Assembly: GCA_045046875.1 (NCBI GenBank)
Contig: JASFYY010000023.1
Location: 1 to 13,533 of the forward strand
DNA: 13,533 nucleotides
Reading direction: 5' to 3'
From: Verrucomicrobiota bacterium
GTDB lineage: Bacteria; Verrucomicrobiota; Verrucomicrobiia; Verrucomicrobiales; DEV007
Part shown: piece after piece, positions 7,601-13,474 of the stretch
How the letters are laid out: every line of letters begins with the position of its first letter
Numbering within the stretch: the stretch's first letter is position 1
The notes under the pieces: model-generated
Told to the model about the DNA's origin: nothing
The model's input: only the letters and a program-made list of their open reading frames with translations
The model's database searches: none
Made by a program: the position numbers and the translations under genes

Positions 7601-8408
7601 CAAGAAGCATGTGGCCAGTTTCAAAAAAATCGCCGGTCGCAAAGACAGTGATTTCGACTTGCGCGTTGAGGCGGCTTTTGCTCTTACCGAAGCTGAAGCA
7701 AAGAGTGTTGACGAAATATTGCGCAGCCTGGTGAAGGGGGCCAATGGAGATCAAAAGAGGAAGCTTACCAGCGTATTTTCCCAATCGAAACCGGGTGCAG
7801 GATTCCTCATGACTTTGTACACGGACAAATTGATCGCCGCCGATGACTTTGATTTGTCCGCAGCCGAGCGAACCTATCTCAGTAGTCCGAGGAGCAATCC
7901 TGCTGGACGGGCCATTTTTTCAGCTGTCAAAAAACGCATCACCGCCCAGCGGGCACGAGCCCAGGGGCGGATCAAAAACTACATGGCTTACATCAAGGAC
8001 AAGCCCGGTGACCCTGTCAAAGGCAAGCTGGTCTTCGGAGCTTGTCTTGCCTGCCACAAGGTAGGTTCCGAGGGGCTGGAGATTGCGCCTCCACTCGACG
8101 GCTCCGGTCACCGAGAGCTAGAGCACCTGCTGACAGCGATTGTTGATCCCGATGCCGCCGTTGAGGGCGGGCACGGTTTATACCGAATCAGCAAGACTGA
8201 CGGCTCCACGGTGGAAGGTCATCTGGAGAAAGTGGAGGCAAGCGGGACGACCATAGCCATGATGGGGGGAGCCCGGTTTTTTGTTCCGCTGGCTGAGATC
8301 AAAAAGGGGGCTTTTGTGGGCGGCCGTTCGTTCATGGTGCCCTCCTTCGGTCAGTTGCCTGAGGAAATGATGGCTGACCTCGTTGCTTACATTGCGACTT
8401 TGAAATAG
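4611..8408 (+). CDS. Secreted multidomain protein: DUF1080 (3-keto-glycoside hydrolase-like) + PVC-type dehydrogenase-like beta-propeller + HEAT-like repeats + C-terminal c-type cytochrome
   Basis: ATG 4611 gives a clean signal peptide (MKTQILFTYILCLASAASLFG-Q). DUF1080 motifs: IFDGKTLDGW, WRVEDG, NFDLKL, NSGIQIRS, GYQID, WNEYRI, IGPQVH. Propeller motifs: GFEIELVASE, NPIDLAFDDAGRLW, FRPVNMEFGPDGCLYIVDFYN...DRSHGRIWRV. Helical repeats: RIHALWSLEGL, VRSQALRTL. Cytochrome c: GDPVKGKLVFGA-CLACH (8043-8057), AIVDP and a distal Met candidate in SFMVP. Confidence 0.88.
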   Translation: MKTQILFTYILCLASAASLFGQEKKEAVAIFDGKTLDGWNYDPKVWRVEDGIITGGSRTEKIKKNYFISTKKSYQNFDLKLKIKVSGDPTTGMLNSGIQIRSMRVPGGAHMSGYQIDCGKGWFGKIYDEFRRNKVIAKQVDAVALDKVVEVYGWNEYRILAEGSRIRTWINGVLAIDYTEQDKNIALDGLIGPQVHSGGVCLVEVKDVTIRELPATPDASTWQSLGGVEAARKLVAPRKRGKLKGKKPKAKARKKVQSERSVARSPAEQLAGFTVAEGFEIELVASEENGVINPIDLAFDDAGRLWTQTARMYPLDPVSGIKWGDLLKLMDDPVAQAENPGFARIRDLYRLKNKGEDKILILKNPAQAAKGLLHVWADGLSIPQSILPYKDGAYVAHGSELFLLRDTDGNGKSDKMEPVLSGFGFTDTHTMSHVLVRAPGSWINFSQGALNKGEVEVLASGQKLRVDYSCQLRFALDHKTLEIVSTGPNNMWGLQLRGNGQWYGTEANDLGYSIVPFESGTAIPGIGRPQIRPYQPPLPNLHSFRVGGTGISALAFSDDLEGGFSKEWKDVALLGNPITSTINAVRINRRSDGSVEAEHLPDFLTSKDDWFRPVNMEFGPDGCLYIVDFYNKIISHNEVSTGHPDRDRSHGRIWRVRHKSQTRRNVLDVSRASSDQLLTHLQAPILWEKRAAWHQIVDRGLVELAAKLVELAANRKVDAITRIHALWSLEGLDRFDAGLLGKLVKEQDRDLRREAVRSLMSFDILPGEVAALLADSIEDGDAMVRSQALRTLGGLRQADESIIALLISACKPALEGNAMGGSYERNLERFLARKALEKFPTQLKNYLQTKSGQHPAGNILWAIQTLDDHSKTMAFLAIWKKVSKQKLDAETFVAIVGMLNNKEVYTAVAAAFQDPDKAEYHVGLALNHLSRVQSPQLIRMLVPLVRALLDSPETLRLGLGAVAKLKIRGVTSQLAKVEVGDDDELLRLLMSAQSVEAKKHVASFKKIAGRKDSDFDLRVEAAFALTEAEAKSVDEILRSLVKGANGDQKRKLTSVFSQSKPGAGFLMTLYTDKLIAADDFDLSAAERTYLSSPRSNPAGRAIFSAVKKRITAQRARAQGRIKNYMAYIKDKPGDPVKGKLVFGACLACHKVGSEGLEIAPPLDGSGHRELEHLLTAIVDPDAAVEGGHGLYRISKTDGSTVEGHLEKVEASGTTIAMMGGARFFVPLAEIKKGAFVGGRSFMVPSFGQLPEEMMADLVAYIATLK
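6711..6752 (+). repeat. Degenerate in-frame 21-bp tandem repeat (LVELAAK/LVELAAN)
   Basis: ttggtcgaactggctgcaaag / ttagttgaactggctgccaac: 17/21 identical, with all differences at third codon positions. Confidence 0.6.
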
Positions 8409-8421
8409 GGTTAAACAAGTT

Positions 8422-10200
8422 ATGATGATAATGCGTTGTTTATATCTTACTGTTATCACTTGCTTGGCGCTTGGTGTTTTCTGTCTGCCCGTCTTTGCGA
8501 CAGAATCTGAAAGGCCAAACGTCATTCTGGTGTTAACCGATGATCAGGGATATGGCGATCTCTCCTGTCACGGCAATCCGGACATTCACACGCCGAATAT
8601 TGACCGCCTGCACGCCGAGTCTGTCCGTCTGATCGATTTCCACGTCAACCAGTACTGCACCCCTTCGCGCGCCGCGCTGATGACGGGGCGCAATGCCTCG
8701 CGCACCGGTGCCTGGCGCACTTCCTCGGGGCGCACCATGTTGCACACCGACGAGGTGACCATGGCGGAAGTGTTCCAGCAGTCGGGTTATGCTACGGGTA
8801 TATTTGGGAAATGGCATTTGGGCGACAGTTACCCCCACCGGCCACAAGACCGGGGTTTCGAACAAGTGCTGTGGCATCGTTGTGGAGGTTTGACTCAGAT
8901 TTCCGATTACTGGGGTAACGATTATTTTGACGACCATTACGAGCGGAATGGAAAGTACGAAAAATTCGAGGGTTATTGCACCGATGTCTGGTTTGAAAAC
9001 GCGCTTGAGTTTATAAAAGGCCAGGCTGAGAAAAAGAAGCCGTTTTTTTGTTACTTGCCGACCAACGCGCCACACAGCCCCTACATCGTTGATGAAAAAT
9101 ACGCGGCTCCGTACCGTGGCAACCCCAATGTGGCCAAGCCTAAATTTTTTGGCATGATCGCTAATATTGACAAAAATATGGGGCAGTTGCGTGGTAAGCT
9201 CGAGCAATGGGGAATCGCTGAAAATACTATCCTTATCTATATGACTGACAACGGAACGTCGGGGGGGATTAAGCCCAGCCACAACCCTGACGGGTGGCCC
9301 GAGACTGGATTTAATGCCGGGATGCGAGGCAAAAAAGCATCGATGTATGACGGAGGTCACCGGGTGCCGTGTTTTGTCCACTGGCCGGGGGGCGGGCTGA
9401 CGGGAGGGCGAGACGTGCCACAATTGACGGCGCACTATGATTGGCTGCCGACCCTGATGGAGATGTGCGGGCTCACTCGTCCGCGAGGGAGGAAGCTCGA
9501 CGGGCGTTCCCTGTTGCCGTTGCTGCAAGGCAAGGCAGGGGATTGGCCGCAGCGCACCATGGTGCGGCAGTACCAGGGGGGAGTGTTTTTTCGTTTTGCA
9601 CCTCAAGCCTGGCGGGAAAGTGTGGTCATGACCGAGCGTTGGCGGTTGGTGAACGGGGATGAGCTTTACGATATCAAAAAAGATCCCGGACAGCGCAAGG
9701 ACATTGCCGGAGAGCACTCCACGGTTGTGGATAACCTTCGTGCGAAATACAGTGATTGGTGGCGCGAAGTAGAGTCGAGGGTGTTGACCCCCGTTCGAAA
9801 TCACGTTGGCAATGTGGCGGAGAATCCCGTGATGTTAAGTGCGCAAGAATGGTATATGGAGCCCTTTGGCAATCCGATCACTTCGCAAGGGCAAGTGAGC
9901 GAATTGCGCGGCATCGAGGGGCCGTGGTTGTTGAATGTCGAGCGGAGCGGCGAATACGAAATCACTCTCTGCCAGTTCCCCAAAGAAGCTCAGCGAGCTA
10001 TCAAAGCTGAAAAGTCCTGGATCCGTATTTCCGGGCAGCAGCAAAGTGCGGAAATCAAACCGGGCTCGAACGGGATCACCTTCAAAATTAAACTGGGAGT
10101 GGGGCCGGCACGCCTGGAGACGGCGTTCATTGGTGCGCAGGGCAAGCGCACATCGGCCTATTATGCCTATGTGCGATACCTCGGCGATTTTAATAATTGA
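8422..10200 (+). CDS. Secreted formylglycine-dependent (S1, Cys-type) sulfatase with a C-terminal accessory domain
   Basis: Signal peptide, RPNVILVLTDDQG, CTPSRAALMTGR (Cys codon at 8656), GYATGIFGKWHLG, NAPHSP, MTDNG, GGHRVP and ELYDIKKDPGQ, followed by ~130 extra C-terminal residues. The start could be 8422, 8425 or 8431. Confidence 0.95.
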   Translation: MMIMRCLYLTVITCLALGVFCLPVFATESERPNVILVLTDDQGYGDLSCHGNPDIHTPNIDRLHAESVRLIDFHVNQYCTPSRAALMTGRNASRTGAWRTSSGRTMLHTDEVTMAEVFQQSGYATGIFGKWHLGDSYPHRPQDRGFEQVLWHRCGGLTQISDYWGNDYFDDHYERNGKYEKFEGYCTDVWFENALEFIKGQAEKKKPFFCYLPTNAPHSPYIVDEKYAAPYRGNPNVAKPKFFGMIANIDKNMGQLRGKLEQWGIAENTILIYMTDNGTSGGIKPSHNPDGWPETGFNAGMRGKKASMYDGGHRVPCFVHWPGGGLTGGRDVPQLTAHYDWLPTLMEMCGLTRPRGRKLDGRSLLPLLQGKAGDWPQRTMVRQYQGGVFFRFAPQAWRESVVMTERWRLVNGDELYDIKKDPGQRKDIAGEHSTVVDNLRAKYSDWWREVESRVLTPVRNHVGNVAENPVMLSAQEWYMEPFGNPITSQGQVSELRGIEGPWLLNVERSGEYEITLCQFPKEAQRAIKAEKSWIRISGQQQSAEIKPGSNGITFKIKLGVGPARLETAFIGAQGKRTSAYYAYVRYLGDFNN

Positions 10201-10389
10201 GAGGCAGGCAGAAGAGGGGAATAAAAAGAGGTGCTGGGGCTGAATTTGCTGTTCGATATTCAGATCACCGAGATCATCACAAGGATACGGTTTTCTGCCC
10301 AGGTGCTCATTGACTTGAAAGTGAGAAGCTCGTGAAAGAGTGAGCTTAGGCGAGCCGTATTAGCTCTAAGGGGATAACAACTTGGGAGC

Positions 10390-10671
10390 ATGACATTGGC
10401 TAATATTTTTTTCAGGGTAATAAGGGTAATCACCGGACTGTTGTTGTTGCTGGCAGGTGTAATAGGGGTGATCATTTGCCTTGTTGCGGTAGCGGATCCC
10501 GTTGCAAGCAAAATGGCAGATGATAATGATCCATTTGGCGATCCTCCATCACGCATCTCTTCATTAACATGGGCAATGGGATTTGGCGTAATGGCTGCTT
10601 GTGGGTTGCCCCTTTTGGCAAGGGGGCTGAAGCCGACAAATAGCTCACAGAGCAAAAAAAGGGTTGAGTGA
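10390..10671 (+). CDS. Small hypothetical membrane protein (two predicted TM helices)
   Basis: 93 aa with two hydrophobic stretches flanking an acidic/Pro loop (DPVASKMADDNDPFGDPP) and a basic C-tail. GGGAG lies immediately upstream of the ATG. It fills an otherwise empty gap on the same strand as its neighbours. Confidence 0.65.
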   Translation: MTLANIFFRVIRVITGLLLLLAGVIGVIICLVAVADPVASKMADDNDPFGDPPSRISSLTWAMGFGVMAACGLPLLARGLKPTNSSQSKKRVE

Positions 10672-10694
10672 GCGATGAGTGCCATTCTCCGGCA

Positions 10695-10723
10695 TTGACC
10701 CGGAGAGGCTGGACCGATACGTT
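10695..10723 (+). promoter_or_regulatory. Putative sigma70 promoter for the LptA-like gene
   Basis: TTGACC (10695-10700), 17-nt spacer, TACGTT (10718-10723). The ATG at 10732 follows 8 nt later. Confidence 0.5.
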
Positions 10724-10731
10724 TGCAAATA

Positions 10732-11328
10732 ATGGCGCCACGATTTTTCTTATTTTGTTTGATCATAGGTTCCCTGCAAGGTTGTACAAACCCTGTGAGC
10801 CCATCTGTAGTATCTGTTTCGGCGGTTCAGCCAAGAAAACAAGAAGTGCCTGAAATGGCTAGAAGCTCGGCTATTAAGTTGGAAATCACTGCTGATGATG
10901 TGCAGCAGGATGACGAAAAAGGGGCGGCGATATTCACTGGCAATGTGGATATGAAACACCCCGATTTCCGCTTAAGGTGTGATGACCTATTGATCTTGAT
11001 GGAGAAAGGCGAAACGGAGCCGGGCATTCCTTTCAAACAAGCGATCGCCGTTGGGAAAAGGGTGGTGATGGAAAGAATTAATGCCAAAGGTCTGAAGGAG
11101 CTAGGGTTGTCTCGAAAGGTGGTGTTCAATCCGCGTACGGGAGATATTATCTTATCTGGAGGTCGTCCGAGTCTGCAGAGTGGTAAAGTTTTGATAAAAA
11201 CTACAACTCAGAATGCGATTATCATTCTGAAAAAGGATGGGAGCCATAGCGTCATAGAAAATAACGGAGGGGGACGCGATAGCTTAGGAGTTATTCGAAA
11301 ATCTGGAACATCCTCATTAAAAGAGTGA
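10732..11328 (+). CDS. LptA/OstA-like beta-jellyroll protein, predicted lipoprotein
   Basis: MAPRFFLFCLIIGSLQG-C is a lipobox-type signal. The pattern LEITADDVQQDDEKGAAIFTGNVDMKHPDFRLRCDDL...AIAVG...VVFNPRTGDIILSGGRPSLQSG is OstA-like. Confidence 0.75.
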   Translation: MAPRFFLFCLIIGSLQGCTNPVSPSVVSVSAVQPRKQEVPEMARSSAIKLEITADDVQQDDEKGAAIFTGNVDMKHPDFRLRCDDLLILMEKGETEPGIPFKQAIAVGKRVVMERINAKGLKELGLSRKVVFNPRTGDIILSGGRPSLQSGKVLIKTTTQNAIIILKKDGSHSVIENNGGGRDSLGVIRKSGTSSLKE

Positions 11329-11341
11329 TCGATTTTCTCGA

Positions 11342-11384
11342 TTGACACGTTCACACCAATAAGGTCAGAATGAGTGAATATTCA
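11342..11384 (+). promoter_or_regulatory. Putative sigma70 promoter plus palindromic operator upstream of the VOC gene
   Basis: Consensus TTGACA (11342-11347), 18-nt spacer, CAGAAT (11366-11371), then the perfect palindrome TGAATATTCA (11375-11384). Confidence 0.45.
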
Positions 11385-11395
11385 ATTGTTGTAAC

Positions 11396-11782
11396 ATGAA
11401 CGAGGAAATCACATTAAATCATACAATCATACCGTCTCTTGATAATGTTGAGGCAGCGAAATTTTATGCGCACATCTTTGGATTCGATTTCATCAAGGAG
11501 TGGGGGCACTTTGCGGTGGTTAAAGCCAGTTCCACTTTGACGCTGGATTTTGTAACTGCGGAAGAAAAAATCTCTTCGCACCATTATGCTTTCAAAGTCA
11601 GTGACCGACAATTTGATGAAATTTTTGGCCGACTAAAAATCAAGGAAGTTGTATTTGGTAGCGGGCCTGACTCTCAAGATGATGGTGAGATCAACCGGTT
11701 ATACGGTGGGCGAGGCGTATATTTCAAAGACCCTAGTGGTCACGTGTTGGAGATACTCACTGCAGATTATGTCATAGACTGA
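11396..11782 (+). CDS. VOC (glyoxalase/bleomycin-resistance/dioxygenase) family protein, ChaP-like
   Basis: 128 aa with TLNHTII, AKFYAHIFG, TLDF, HHYAFKVSD..FDEIFGRL and EINRLYGGRGVYFKDPSGHVLEILT. Confidence 0.9.
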   Translation: MNEEITLNHTIIPSLDNVEAAKFYAHIFGFDFIKEWGHFAVVKASSTLTLDFVTAEEKISSHHYAFKVSDRQFDEIFGRLKIKEVVFGSGPDSQDDGEINRLYGGRGVYFKDPSGHVLEILTADYVID

Positions 11783-12009
11783 TCAGGCAATAAAAATAGC
11801 CGCACCGGCTCGCGCATCCGCAGGATAAGATTCGAACGCCTTCGGCTGCATTCCTTCGGTCGACTGAAGAAACTTGAACAAGAGTTTAATGTTTTATTGG
11901 TTGGGCGGCGCATTTGCTGCTATGGCTAGTCAAATTTATTAATGCTGCTGAAGCTGAAGAAGGGGTCATCTGGAGATTGAGTAGTAATTGGGCAGAAAGA
12001 ATTACCGTC

Positions 12010-13374
12010 ATGGCATCAAGCTCTCTCACCACCGGACCGCTCCCGCAACACATTCGCAACATTGCGTTGCCGATGAGTATCGGATTTTTATTCAATACCA
12101 TGTATAACGTGGTGGATTCGTATTTCGCCGGCAAGATTTCCACCTCCGCGCTCGCGGCGATGGCGCTTTGTTTTCCAGTGTTTTTCATCATCCTGGCTGC
12201 TAGTCAGGGGCTCGCCCGGGGAGCTTCCGTGCTTATCGCAAATGCAATTGGCTCCGGAGATAGTGAGAAAGAATCCGCCTTGTCAGGCCAGGTTCTTTCT
12301 TTAGGAGCGTTGACTTCGATTTTTTTAATGGGTATCGGGCTGTGGAGTGCAGAGCCTCTATTTAGGATTCTCGGAGCAAGTGGAGCCTATCTAGAACTGG
12401 CTACGAGCTACATCCACCCGATTTTCATAGGGACGTTCTTTTTTATGCTCACTAGCATGAGCAATTCAATATTACTTGCCCATGGGGACAGCAAGTCCTT
12501 CAGTAGGGTTTTGGTGGTGGGTTTTTTTCTAAATCTCATTTTAGATCCGTGGTTTCTATATGGCGGGTTCGGCCTTCCAGGGATGGGGATTGCCGGCATT
12601 GCCTTGGCGACGGTTCTGATTCAGGCTTTAGGAGGGTTTTATCTGTTTGCTGTCGTTATTCGGCGGGGTCATGTCACTATGTCTTGTTGCCAACATCTGA
12701 AACCTGACTGGAAAACTTATCGGGAGATATTGCATCAAGCGATTCCCGCAGGGTTCAACATGGCTTCTATTGCGGTTGGTTTTTTTGTCATCACCTATTA
12801 CCTCAAATTTTATGGTGAGAGTGCGGTTGCGGCTTTCGGAGTGGGAACCCGCATTGAGCAAATGGCTTTACTGCCAACTATCGGACTGGGCGCAGCCATT
12901 GTAGCGATCGTCGGTCAGAACAACGGGGCAGGAAAATTTGATCGTGTTCATCAATGTGTGCAGTTGTGCATCAGATATGGCTTTTATCTCATCGTGGTTG
13001 CTTCTATTTCGATGTATTTTCTCGCGACGCCGTTGGTTCGTCTTTTCACTGATGATCTGGAAGTGATTCAATTGGGAAGCAAGTATATCCGGATCATGGC
13101 TTTCATCCAATGGGCCTATGTGATGTCATTTATCCACATTGGATTTCTGCAGGCAGTGAAAAAGCCCATGTATGGATTTTTTGAAGCAGTGCTGCGGAAA
13201 ATTATTCTTCCTTTGGGTCTGTTCTATCTGGTGGTGAATATAATGGAGAGTGAGCTCAATGCCTTTTGGTTCAGCATTGTTGCCATCAATGTGGTTGTAA
13301 CGATGGTGACAGTTGTTTACGCTCAATTAAAACTCAAGGGGTGCAAGGAGTATAAAGCACCCTTGGAAAAGTGA
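12010..13374 (+). CDS. MATE family efflux transporter
   Basis: ATG 12010 gives SLTTGPLPQHIRNIALP...MYNVVDSYFAGK, LNLILDPWFLYGGFGLPGMGIAGIALAT, AVAAFGVGTRIEQ and IVGQNNGAG, with ~12 hydrophobic segments. Confidence 0.93.
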   Translation: MASSSLTTGPLPQHIRNIALPMSIGFLFNTMYNVVDSYFAGKISTSALAAMALCFPVFFIILAASQGLARGASVLIANAIGSGDSEKESALSGQVLSLGALTSIFLMGIGLWSAEPLFRILGASGAYLELATSYIHPIFIGTFFFMLTSMSNSILLAHGDSKSFSRVLVVGFFLNLILDPWFLYGGFGLPGMGIAGIALATVLIQALGGFYLFAVVIRRGHVTMSCCQHLKPDWKTYREILHQAIPAGFNMASIAVGFFVITYYLKFYGESAVAAFGVGTRIEQMALLPTIGLGAAIVAIVGQNNGAGKFDRVHQCVQLCIRYGFYLIVVASISMYFLATPLVRLFTDDLEVIQLGSKYIRIMAFIQWAYVMSFIHIGFLQAVKKPMYGFFEAVLRKIILPLGLFYLVVNIMESELNAFWFSIVAINVVVTMVTVVYAQLKLKGCKEYKAPLEK

Positions 13375-13435
13375 AAAAATTTGAGGCGTTTAGCACAGGA
13401 TGGCAGCGGACGAATTGCGACGATTATATCCATCA

Positions 13436-13465
13436 TTGACCTGGTATGTTCGAAGCTTGTATGGT
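13436..13465 (+). promoter_or_regulatory. Putative sigma70 promoter for the terminal partial gene
   Basis: TTGACC (13436-13441), 18-nt spacer, TATGGT (13460-13465). The ATG at 13475 follows 9 nt later. Confidence 0.45.
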
Positions 13466-13474
13466 TGCACTTAG

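Noticed and set aside
8533..9804. 423-aa minus-strand ORF
   Set aside because: It is fully antisense to the well-supported sulfatase and has no recognisable motifs. It is a typical shadow ORF of GC-rich coding DNA.
10260..10766. 168-aa minus-strand ORF and other short overlapping ORFs in the track
   Set aside because: They overlap better-supported + strand genes and lack recognisable motifs or initiation signals.
11830..11837. GTTCGAAT on the minus strand resembling a tRNA T-loop
   Set aside because: The flanks form no T-stem, acceptor stem or anticodon arm. It is not a tRNA or a convincing att remnant.
11782..11906. Possible integron attC site (GTTGGGC at 11900-11906 fits GTTRRRY)
   Set aside because: There is no complementary RYYYAAC after the VOC stop, no L boxes, no similar site after other genes and no integrase.
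11977..12008. MerR-like promoter TTGAGT-N20-TACCGT with GTAATT/AATTAC dyad
   Set aside because: The putative -10 ends 1 nt before the ATG, so transcription would start inside the CDS. There is no MerR gene in the window.
11914..12009. 32-aa N-terminal extension of MATE from TTG 11914
   Set aside because: MATE proteins typically begin just before the LTxGP motif, which fits ATG 12010.
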